A DNA stretch of 16,540 nt from Silvanigrellaceae bacterium (GTDB lineage: Bacteria > Bdellovibrionota_B > Oligoflexia > Silvanigrellales > Silvanigrellaceae), in assembly GCA_049423385.1 (NCBI GenBank), contig JBMSQQ010000075.1, positions 1 through 16,540 of the forward strand, given 5' to 3'. The position numbers and the translations under genes were made by a program. The notes under the pieces are model-generated. The model did no database searches, was not told the DNA's origin, and saw only the letters and a list, made by a program, of their open reading frames with translations. The stretch's first letter is position 1. Every line of letters begins with the position of its first letter. This document shows positions 6,633 to 14,391 of the stretch, one piece after another.

Positions 6633-8225
6633 TCATTTGAGTGGCTTGTCCTTCACGCCTTCCAGCCTGGGTGGAGCAATGAATTTGGGATCGGTTGTTG
6701 CGATCAATTCGAAGCCGGCAACTCCGAGACCCGCTGTACTATCAATCAAATACTCTCCAAGGTCATTTTGTTTGAAGCATTGCCGACTGACAAGACTGCC
6801 AGTTTGATCACGAACGAATTTGTCTCCGTTGCCGCCAGCGATGGCAGTCTTTTTCCAGAATGCCGCTGGTTCATCGCCAGAAGCAGCACGAGTGAAGTCG
6901 TAATCCCCGGTTCCTGCGGTTGGATTTTGGCAGACATCTCCGCTGCCATCAAAGCTGCAATTGGGCCCGTGAAAGAAAGGATGATAAAAACCGTTCGGCT
7001 TGAGTTCGAGGCTGGCGTCGGCCGGGCTGCGGAGAGATTTACGAATACTCACGCCACGAACCGCACCACTGATTGAACAACCTTTCATCTTGCCATCAGT
7101 ATCTTTCTCCACCTTGAATACAAATCCGCGTGCTGACTCGCCGTCGATACCGCCTGGATTTTTCCAATAGACAAGATTTCCAGAGTTGTCCGACTGATTG
7201 ACATCGAACTCTACCAACGAAATACCATTGGCCACATTGTTGTCTGCATTCTGTGCAAGTCCCTGGAGGTTCACTCGGCCTGTGGTATCAAACATTTCTG
7301 TCACAGTTGTCGCAAAGTTCGCGCGCCGAACGGAGGCTCTGATCTTTTGATTATCTCCGTCTTTCGCACGTGCGTATTCGATGCTCAGCGCACTCACTTT
7401 GCCCTGATCGCGAAGCTGGTCACCACTGCGCTTGACAGTGATGATTCCATTGTATGTGGTGTTGTCTGAGTCAGAAGCGGCACTGTGAACAATCGTCAGC
7501 TCTTCCGCAACTCCGCCAGCCCGAGTCGACTTGATCTCCGTCTGGAAGACGGGACGGCTGTCCTTGTCGGCAAGGCGCTTGAGTTTTACAGATGTGAACG
7601 TTGGTGCATCCGGTCGGTCGGTTGGCCGCTTGGAATTCATCAACTCTGTGAGGTCGGCTTCGTTGTTGGTCATGTTGATGCTGTTCTTTTTGGCCAAACA
7701 AGCCATTGCCTGTGCACGGTCAAGCATTCCATCTATCTGCAATTCGATATCGCGCATTTCCTCGCGGGCGAACGACACCATGCAGACCTCAGAGGAACCG
7801 GTCTTTCTGCTCAAACCAGATGTTGTTCCATAAACCTTCGGGGTTTCGCTTCCCTTCTGCTTGTAACCATAGATCATTTCCTGATCAAACTCATAGCAAA
7901 GCTCTTCCGGCCCCCGTTGCTTGTCCAATCGAGCCTTGAGTCCCGCAAAGCAATCTTCAACTTCACCCTTCAAAATCTTCTGCTGCTCAACCACTTTTTG
8001 GCCAAGAGTCTTTTCATCAGAATCTGCAAATTCAAGAGTCAAGGCAGCGGTGGTCGTCGTTGTTTTTGGGAAGGATGGAATACTCAAGCCTTCAGGATAG
8101 CCAACTGCGAGTGCGTTGGACACCGCAGAGACAAGCTGTTCTTCGGCTGTGCTTTTCTTTTTTCCGCAAGAAGAAACTGCCACAGCGCCTGCCAAGCCAA
8201 GCACCAAAAATCTTGAATGAACCAT
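6633..8225 (-). CDS. Hypothetical lipoprotein (530 aa, Cys-rich, no recognisable domain)
   Basis: Strong SD (GAGGAGG) before ATG; signal peptide II with lipobox 'VSSC' followed by GKKK; long uninterrupted ORF; own terminator. Confidence 0.85.
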   Translation of the reverse strand: MVHSRFLVLGLAGAVAVSSCGKKKSTAEEQLVSAVSNALAVGYPEGLSIPSFPKTTTTTAALTLEFADSDEKTLGQKVVEQQKILKGEVEDCFAGLKARLDKQRGPEELCYEFDQEMIYGYKQKGSETPKVYGTTSGLSRKTGSSEVCMVSFAREEMRDIELQIDGMLDRAQAMACLAKKNSINMTNNEADLTELMNSKRPTDRPDAPTFTSVKLKRLADKDSRPVFQTEIKSTRAGGVAEELTIVHSAASDSDNTTYNGIITVKRSGDQLRDQGKVSALSIEYARAKDGDNQKIRASVRRANFATTVTEMFDTTGRVNLQGLAQNADNNVANGISLVEFDVNQSDNSGNLVYWKNPGGIDGESARGFVFKVEKDTDGKMKGCSISGAVRGVSIRKSLRSPADASLELKPNGFYHPFFHGPNCSFDGSGDVCQNPTAGTGDYDFTRAASGDEPAAFWKKTAIAGGNGDKFVRDQTGSLVSRQCFKQNDLGEYLIDSTAGLGVAGFELIATTDPKFIAPPRLEGVKDKPLK

Positions 8226-8263
8226 TCTTCCCTCCTCACCGCATCAACGGCATTTCATTAAAC

Positions 8264-8348
8264 GAACCAAGAAAATGGAAACAAATGTCCACAGCAAATG
8301 CAGCTGCGGCGCATTAGACCTCGAGTTTATTCCATTTCTCATTGGTTC
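8264..8348. repeat. Long imperfect inverted repeat in the ferredoxin-lipoprotein intergenic region
   Basis: GAACCAAGAAAATGGAAACAAA(8264-8285) versus TTTATTCCATTTCTCATTGGTTC(8326-8348), with an inner AATGC/GCATT pair. Confidence 0.65.
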
Positions 8349-8388
8349 ATCAGGGTGCGAGAATGACGCGTCAATCTTTCGACCACGC

Positions 8389-8712
8389 TCAAGATGATTC
8401 GCTATTTTTCAATTTTTTTTCGATGGCGGAAAAGATTTGCGAAAAATCTCCAAGCCGAACCGCCTGGAAGCGGAGCTGGAGCGGGAAGACAGCGACATTG
8501 ACTCCGTCCGCATGACAAAAACCCTGGCAGAGGCTCCGGTTGACCCACACCTGCAGGCCACGGCTGCGCCCCCAGGCGACAGCTTCGTTGCGCAACGAGT
8601 TGAACACGGCATCGCCGCGTTCAACACCACAACTCGGAAGAGTGGCGCCTGGCGGACGCTGATTGACGCAAACAAATAATTGCAGATCGCAGGTCTGAGC
8701 GATGGTCCTCAA
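8389..8712 (-). CDS. Thioredoxin-like [2Fe-2S] ferredoxin
   Basis: C15-X12-C28-X33-C62-X3-C66 pattern ('FVCVNQR…SC', 'CQGFC…V.VFP'), typical of Aquifex Fd4/Clostridium pasteurianum 2Fe-type ferredoxins. TTG start overlaps the tpiA stop (TTGA). Confidence 0.85.
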   Translation of the reverse strand: MRTIAQTCDLQLFVCVNQRPPGATLPSCGVERGDAVFNSLRNEAVAWGRSRGLQVWVNRSLCQGFCHADGVNVAVFPLQLRFQAVRLGDFSQIFSAIEKKLKNSESS

Positions 8713-9500
8713 GCGATCTCGGCTCCGCGAGCGCAGAGCTGGGCAAAATCTTCGGCCTTGAGACTCGCTCCGCCGACCAACGCTCCATCGATATCGGGCA
8801 TCTTCATGAGCTCATCAACATTTTGCAGAGTTACACTGCCACCGTATTGAATGCGCAGACGCTCGGCCATTTCAGCGCCGAATGTTGATTTCAACCAGCC
8901 TCGAATGAAGGCGTGTGCCTCCTGTGCCTGCTGTGCCGTTGCCGCCCGGCCCGTACCGATGGCCCACACAGGCTCATAAGCGAGAGTCAAAAGCGGACGT
9001 TGCGGATCATTCCCCAAGGCAGCGCTCCAGTTCTTGATCCCGGTGGCAGCAAAAGCCTCAGACAACTGACTTTCCACAACCTGGGCAAACCGCCCACCAT
9101 CGCGTTCCGCAAGGGTTTCGCCGATGCACAGCACAGCCTGCATTCCCGCAGCGAGCAAAGCGGCAACCCGCTGTCCTGCGGTCTGGTTGGTCTCGCCGCA
9201 CATTTGCCGACGCTCACTGTGTGCAACCAGGCTTCCACACACATCGACGCTTTTGAGCATTGTCGTGGAGAGTTCACCCGTGAATGCACCGGATGCAGCC
9301 CAATGGCAATTCTGCCCGTACCACTGCAACGAGCGATATCGGGTGGCCAAGGACGGCAACAAAACACTCGCGGCCGCAATGCCAACATCGATGTTGGAAT
9401 GATTTTTCACAGCGGGTGCAAACACCTCGCAAAAGGCCGTTGCTTCCTCGGGAAGCTTGTTCATTTTCCAATTGCCGATGAAAATTTTCCGTCTGCTCAT
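8709..9500 (-). CDS. tpiA: Triosephosphate isomerase
   Basis: 'GNWKMN', 'GAFTGE', 'HSERR', 'AYEPVWAIGTG', 'YGGSV' and 'DGALVGGASL'. TGATG overlap with the pgk stop. Confidence 0.98.
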   Translation of the reverse strand: MSRRKIFIGNWKMNKLPEEATAFCEVFAPAVKNHSNIDVGIAAASVLLPSLATRYRSLQWYGQNCHWAASGAFTGELSTTMLKSVDVCGSLVAHSERRQMCGETNQTAGQRVAALLAAGMQAVLCIGETLAERDGGRFAQVVESQLSEAFAATGIKNWSAALGNDPQRPLLTLAYEPVWAIGTGRAATAQQAQEAHAFIRGWLKSTFGAEMAERLRIQYGGSVTLQNVDELMKMPDIDGALVGGASLKAEDFAQLCARGAEIA

Positions 9501-10711
9501 CAGAATGCCGCCCTCAAAACCTTGATGCCTGGAAGCTCCTTGCCTTCAAGAAGCTCCATGCTCGCGCCACCACCAGTGGAAACATGTGAAACTTTTTCCT
9601 CAAGCCCGAATGCCGTGATGGCTGCCGCAGAATCGCCTCCGCCCACAATCGTCGAGCCAGCGCACTGGGTGAGTGCTTCGGCGACCTTGCGCGACCCCTC
9701 GGCGAATGCAGGCCACTCGAACACTCCCATCGGACCGTTCCAAACGACCACCTTCGACGCACGAATGGTGTCTGCAAACAAAGCTGCGGTCTTGGGACCA
9801 ATATCAAGGCCCATGAGATTGTCCGGAATGTCCGCTCCCGCGCAGGCCACAGGCATCGTGCCCTCTGCGAATTCGCTGGCGCAAATGTGGTCCACCGGCA
9901 GAATGATTTTGACTTTGCGTGCCTCGGCGGCCTTGAGGATGTCACCGACCATTGAAAGTTTGTCCTCTTCGACCCTCGACTTGCCAACCTTGTGCCCCAT
10001 GTAGCGCAGGAACGTGTAGGCCATGGCGCCACCGATGATCATGTTGTTGGCAATGGCGGTGAACTTCTGAAGTATTGCAATTTTGTCGGACACCTTGGCG
10101 CCACCAAAAATGGCTGTCACAGGAGCCTGCGGATTGCGGAATGCACCTTCCAGGAACTGGATCTCTTTTTGCACCAGAAAACCTGCGGCACGACGCTCGA
10201 GCGGAAACTCTTCAGCAACAGCAACCATGGACGCATCGGCGCGATGGCACGTGCCAAATGCATCGTTCACATAGAAGTCCATGTTCTTGGCGAGTGCCTT
10301 GGCAAAATCACGATCGCCTTTTTGCTCCTGCTTGTGGAAACGCAGGTTTTCCAGGAGAACGAGTTGGTTCGTTTCCATTTGCGCAATGATGCGATCGAAA
10401 CCATCCATCAGGTAGTCGGCGCAAAGCAATACGTCTTTTCCAAGATGAGCTGCTAGTTTTTCACCCACGGGCGCAAGGCTGAACTCCTTTTCGAAACCCT
10501 CGCCCTTGGGACGTCCCAAATGCGAGCACATCACCACCCGACAGCCCTTGTCGAGCAACCAACGAACCGTGGGAAGAGCAGCGGTGATCCGTGTTTCGTC
10601 AGTCACAACTCCGTTTTTCAGAGGCACATTCAAGTCGAGGCGCAAAAACACCACGGGGCGCGAATAGTCTGAGAATTTGAGGTCCGTGAGAGTCCTGAGT
10701 CCTGCGACCAT
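9500..10711 (-). CDS. pgk: Phosphoglycerate kinase
   Basis: 'RLDLNVP', 'SHLGRP', 'LENLRF', 'VNDAFGTCHR', 'GGAKVSDK', 'WNGPMGVFE', 'GGGDS' and 'HVSTGGGAS'. AAGGAG SD upstream. Confidence 0.98.
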   Translation of the reverse strand: MVAGLRTLTDLKFSDYSRPVVFLRLDLNVPLKNGVVTDETRITAALPTVRWLLDKGCRVVMCSHLGRPKGEGFEKEFSLAPVGEKLAAHLGKDVLLCADYLMDGFDRIIAQMETNQLVLLENLRFHKQEQKGDRDFAKALAKNMDFYVNDAFGTCHRADASMVAVAEEFPLERRAAGFLVQKEIQFLEGAFRNPQAPVTAIFGGAKVSDKIAILQKFTAIANNMIIGGAMAYTFLRYMGHKVGKSRVEEDKLSMVGDILKAAEARKVKIILPVDHICASEFAEGTMPVACAGADIPDNLMGLDIGPKTAALFADTIRASKVVVWNGPMGVFEWPAFAEGSRKVAEALTQCAGSTIVGGGDSAAAITAFGLEEKVSHVSTGGGASMELLEGKELPGIKVLRAAF

Positions 10712-10780
10712 AAAATGATGCTCCTTTATGCAAGCCGCTCCCGTTTTTCGGGGCCGGCAACGCGATTGTCTGAGTCGGGG

Positions 10781-10810
10781 ATTCTACCGTGTAGGCAAGC
10801 GGATTGTCTA
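10781..10810 (-). promoter_or_regulatory. Putative sigma70 promoter for pgk-tpiA-ferredoxin (-35 TAGACA, N18, -10 TAGAAT)
   Basis: On the minus strand, TAGACA (10810-10805) and TAGAAT (10786-10781) each match consensus 5/6, with an 18-bp spacer. Confidence 0.5.
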
Positions 10811-10881
10811 CAAGTTGAGAAAGATGTTTCTGTATGCCAATAATAGTGGCTACGACATTTCAATGACCCGAGGATTCCTTC

Positions 10882-12009
10882 ATGGCATCGAGCAACCCCA
10901 AAAACGATCTTTTTGCCGGTGAGAACATCTATTCAATAATTCTGTGCGGCGGCTCGGGAACACGCCTGTGGCCCTTGTCCCGCAAACAGCGCCCCAAGCA
11001 GTTTTTGGCCCTGGGCGGCAACGAGGACACCCTTCTCCAGACCTCGATTGAGCGTGTCAAAAACATTTCCCCGCAGAAAAAACGATGGATTGTGACTGCT
11101 GCGGAGCAGGAAGGCCTTGCCCGCGAACAGACCAGTGACCTCATTTCGAGAATCATCGCCGAACCCCAGGCGCGCAACACCGCCCCGGCTGTGGCACTTG
11201 CGGCATGGCAACTCATGCAGCAGGACCCCGATTCCGTCATGCTCGTCCTTTCGAGCGACCACTCCATCCAGAACGTTCGCTCCTTTGAACAAACAGTGTC
11301 CGACGCCGTCAAACTCGCCAGACAGAATCTTTTCGTGACAGTTGGAATCCAGCCCACCTATCCCGCCACGGGATTCGGCTACATTGAATGGGGCCTTCCG
11401 CTCGATAAAAACGCGCAGATTCTCCCGGCTTCCAAGTTCAGCGAAACACCCCAGGAAGCGGTCGGATTCAGCGTCCGCAGCTTTCGCGAAAAACCCAATC
11501 AGGCCGCGGCAGAACAATTCATCCGCACGGGCAAGTATCTTTGGAACGCAGGAATCTTTGTCTGGAAGACGCGCACCTTCTGGAATGCGTTTTCCCATAT
11601 TCAGCCAGAAATGGCCAAAATCATCGAGAACATGACACCGACCACGATTGCCACCGATTATGCCCAACTTGAATCCCAACCCATCGACACCGCATTCATC
11701 GAACAGACGAGCCACGTCGCTTGCGTCCCTGCCCTTTTCGACTGGAACGACGTCGGAAGCTGGTCTGCGGTTCGTGAATGCTTTGAACAAGACAACAACG
11801 GCAACAGCGTCGCGGGTGATGCGTACGTCTCGGACACACGCAATTCAGTTGTTCATTCCAGCGGCCCGTTTGTTGCCACGATCGGAGTGGAGAATCTCGT
11901 TGTGGTTGCAACACCTGACGCCGTTCTGGTCATGCCAACATCGCGCAGTCAGGACGTGAAAAAGGTTATTGCCCATCTTGAAAGCCAAAAGCGAAACAAA
12001 CTGCTCTAA
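10882..12009 (+). CDS. manC: Mannose-1-phosphate guanylyltransferase (monofunctional, no cupin/PMI domain)
   Basis: 'ILCGGSGTRLWPLSR…PKQFL', 'EP..RNTAPA', 'SDH', 'PATGFGYI', 'FREKP', 'WNAGIF' and 'WNDVGSW', then 'VVVATPDAVLV…SQDVK'. Confidence 0.93.
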   Translation: MASSNPKNDLFAGENIYSIILCGGSGTRLWPLSRKQRPKQFLALGGNEDTLLQTSIERVKNISPQKKRWIVTAAEQEGLAREQTSDLISRIIAEPQARNTAPAVALAAWQLMQQDPDSVMLVLSSDHSIQNVRSFEQTVSDAVKLARQNLFVTVGIQPTYPATGFGYIEWGLPLDKNAQILPASKFSETPQEAVGFSVRSFREKPNQAAAEQFIRTGKYLWNAGIFVWKTRTFWNAFSHIQPEMAKIIENMTPTTIATDYAQLESQPIDTAFIEQTSHVACVPALFDWNDVGSWSAVRECFEQDNNGNSVAGDAYVSDTRNSVVHSSGPFVATIGVENLVVVATPDAVLVMPTSRSQDVKKVIAHLESQKRNKLL

Positions 12010-12035
12010 AAATTGAATCAAAGGAGATGTCACGG

Positions 12036-13097
12036 ATGACGTCGAAGCCAATGCTCATGGCCGCTCAAGGCCTCAAGCCCCCGCACACTCCGCAGTGGTT
12101 GATGCGCCAAGCGGGCCGTTACCTGCCAGAGTATCGCGCGATTCGCGCCCAAAACGACACGCTGACCATGTTCAGGACCCCACGCATCGCGTCGGAAATC
12201 ACGTTGCAACCGCTCAGGCGTTTTCCCACGTTGGATGCAGCCATCGTTTACGCGGACATCCTCTTGATCCCCGACGCACTTGGCCTCGGTCTGCAATTCG
12301 TTCAAGGCGAAGGACCGGTTTTTCATCGACCAATCCGTTCGGAAAGCGACGTGCAATGGCTTGAGGAACAGGCTGCCGATGTCGGCGCTGTCATGAAACG
12401 TGTCGATTACCTTTTCGAGACGTTGCAGCTTGTCAAAAAACAACTTGCTCCCGAAGTCACGCTCATCGGCTTCGCGGGTGCACCGTGGACGGTTGCGAGT
12501 TACATGCTCGAAGGCCAAAGCGCACATGGTGAGTTCCACACTTCAAAGTTGTTCATGCTCCAGCATCCAAGCCTTTTTGAAAGAGTGATGGCTGTCATCA
12601 CCAAATTGACCATCACATACCTCGAGATGCAAATCTCGGCCGGTGCGGAAATCGTTCAATTGTTTGAATCCTGGGGCGGTGCACTGACCCCTGCCCAATA
12701 CGCACGTTTCTGCGCACCATTCTCCGAACAGGTGACTTGTGCCATCCGGCAGAAGTGCCCGGTGATTCATTTCGTGGGCGAAAGCGCAGGAATTCTTCCC
12801 GAAGTTCTCAAGGTGGGCGCAGACGTTCTGGGAGTCGACTGGCGACAGGATCTCTCGAGGGTCGGCACTGCAGCCAAAGGACACGTGAAGGCCCTGCAGG
12901 GAAATCTCGACCCCCTCATTCTGCACGCAAGCCAGAGGGAGCTTCAAGCGGCTCTTGAGGCAACGTTGAATGCGGGTCACTCGTTGTCCAGTCTTGGCTA
13001 CATTTTCAACCTTGGACACGGAATACGCCAAACGACGCCCGTGGAAAACGTCGCATTCCTGACGGATTTTGTTCGAAAATACAGTTCCCAACGCTGA
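12036..13097 (+). CDS. hemE: Uroporphyrinogen decarboxylase
   Basis: 'WLMRQAGRYLPEYR', 'DAAIVYADIL', 'LIGFAGAPWTVASY', 'LQGNLDP' and 'IFNLGHGI'. The start was moved from 12027 to 12036 because AAGGAG abuts ATG 12027 but sits 9 nt from ATG 12036. Confidence 0.96.
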   Translation: MTSKPMLMAAQGLKPPHTPQWLMRQAGRYLPEYRAIRAQNDTLTMFRTPRIASEITLQPLRRFPTLDAAIVYADILLIPDALGLGLQFVQGEGPVFHRPIRSESDVQWLEEQAADVGAVMKRVDYLFETLQLVKKQLAPEVTLIGFAGAPWTVASYMLEGQSAHGEFHTSKLFMLQHPSLFERVMAVITKLTITYLEMQISAGAEIVQLFESWGGALTPAQYARFCAPFSEQVTCAIRQKCPVIHFVGESAGILPEVLKVGADVLGVDWRQDLSRVGTAAKGHVKALQGNLDPLILHASQRELQAALEATLNAGHSLSSLGYIFNLGHGIRQTTPVENVAFLTDFVRKYSSQR

Positions 13098-13116
13098 CTG
13101 CAGAGGAGTTTTATTT

Positions 13117-14343
13117 ATGAAATTGCGCTTGCTGTCCACCCTCATCGCATCATCGCTCGCATCGGTCGCCATGGCCGCTGGCGGCGAACTCGTCATCAAC
13201 TCCATGCACTCGGATCCAACCTCGAAAAAGGCTTTCGAAACAATCCTTGCTGAATTCAAGAAGGAACATCAGGACATCAAGGTGACAGTCAACACGATCG
13301 ATCACGAGTCATACAAAGTGCAGATCCGCACATGGCTGCCAAACAACCCTCCAGACGTTGCCACTTGGTTTGCCGGCAACAGGGCGAGGTTTTTCATCGA
13401 CAAAAAACTCGTTGAACCCATCGACGACGTTTTCACGGCCTCGGGTGGCCAATTTTCAAAAGGCGCCCTCTCGGCAATCACATTCAACGGCAAAAAGTAT
13501 CTGATGCCGACAAACTACTACCACTGGGGATTCTACTATCGTAAAGACTTGTTCCAGAAAGCGGGACTTTCCACACCACCCAAAACATGGGACGAGTTCA
13601 TTTCCGCCTGCCAAAAACTCAAAGCCACAGGCTTAACCCCCATCGCAATCGGCACCAAGCAGGCATGGCCAGCCGCCGCATGGTTCGACTTCATCAACAT
13701 GCGCGTCAATGGTTACGACAGCCATATGAAACTTCTCGCAGGGCAAAGCTCCTATACATCGCCGGAAGTGAAGAAATCGATGGCTGCGTGGGCTCAACTC
13801 ATCAAGACGGGAGCCTTCCCGGACACGGCTCCTGCCATGACGTGGCAAGAGGCTTCGGCATTGATGTGGCAAGGCAAAGCTGCAATGTACCTCATGGGCA
13901 ATTTCATTGCCTCCGAAATCCCTTCTTCCGTCAAGGCACAGATTGAGTTCTTTCCGTTTCCAACCATCGACCCCAAAGTTCCGGTTGCACAAGTGGCGCC
14001 CACCGACGTTTACTTCATCCCAGCAAAAGCAAAGAACAAGCCGAATGCAAAATTGTTCATGACCTTCCTTGCGCGCGCCGACGTTCAACAAAAATACAAC
14101 GAAGTGACGGGGCTTCTGCCGGTCAACAACCAGGCAAAGATTGACGTATCCAACACGTTCCTCAAATCGGGACAACAGATTCTGGGTCAGGCCAGCGGCC
14201 TGTCGCAATTTTTTGATCGCGACGCCGACCCGGAAGTTGCAAAGGTTGGAATGGACGGTTTTGTGGAATTCATGCGCTACCCCGAAAAAGCGGACGCCAT
14301 TCTTGGCCGCATCGAAAATGCGCGCAAGCGTGTCCACCGCTGA
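13117..14343 (+). CDS. Carbohydrate ABC transporter periplasmic substrate-binding protein (CUT1 family)
   Basis: GAGGAG SD before ATG 13117; Sec signal (…SVAMA/A); 'PDV', 'FYYRKDLFQKAG…PKTWDEF', 'GKAAMYLMG' and 'AK.FM.FL'. Confidence 0.93.
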   Translation: MKLRLLSTLIASSLASVAMAAGGELVINSMHSDPTSKKAFETILAEFKKEHQDIKVTVNTIDHESYKVQIRTWLPNNPPDVATWFAGNRARFFIDKKLVEPIDDVFTASGGQFSKGALSAITFNGKKYLMPTNYYHWGFYYRKDLFQKAGLSTPPKTWDEFISACQKLKATGLTPIAIGTKQAWPAAAWFDFINMRVNGYDSHMKLLAGQSSYTSPEVKKSMAAWAQLIKTGAFPDTAPAMTWQEASALMWQGKAAMYLMGNFIASEIPSSVKAQIEFFPFPTIDPKVPVAQVAPTDVYFIPAKAKNKPNAKLFMTFLARADVQQKYNEVTGLLPVNNQAKIDVSNTFLKSGQQILGQASGLSQFFDRDADPEVAKVGMDGFVEFMRYPEKADAILGRIENARKRVHR

Positions 14344-14391
14344 ACAGAGATTCATCACCAACGACCAATCAGCCAGGGATGGGCGGATTCA

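Noticed and set aside
6553..6807. 84-aa plus-strand ORF crossing the terminator and the lipoprotein 3' end
   Set aside because: It overlaps a terminator and an opposite-strand gene, and has no supporting signals.
8913..10004. 363-aa plus-strand ORF antisense to tpiA/pgk
   Set aside because: It is a shadow of two highly conserved genes, with no recognisable motifs or SD.
10933..11790. 285-aa minus-strand ORF antisense to manC (similarly 12543-13259, 13633-14361, 14497-15186 and 7485-8216)
   Set aside because: These are antisense frames of well-supported genes, expected from codon bias, with no protein-like features.
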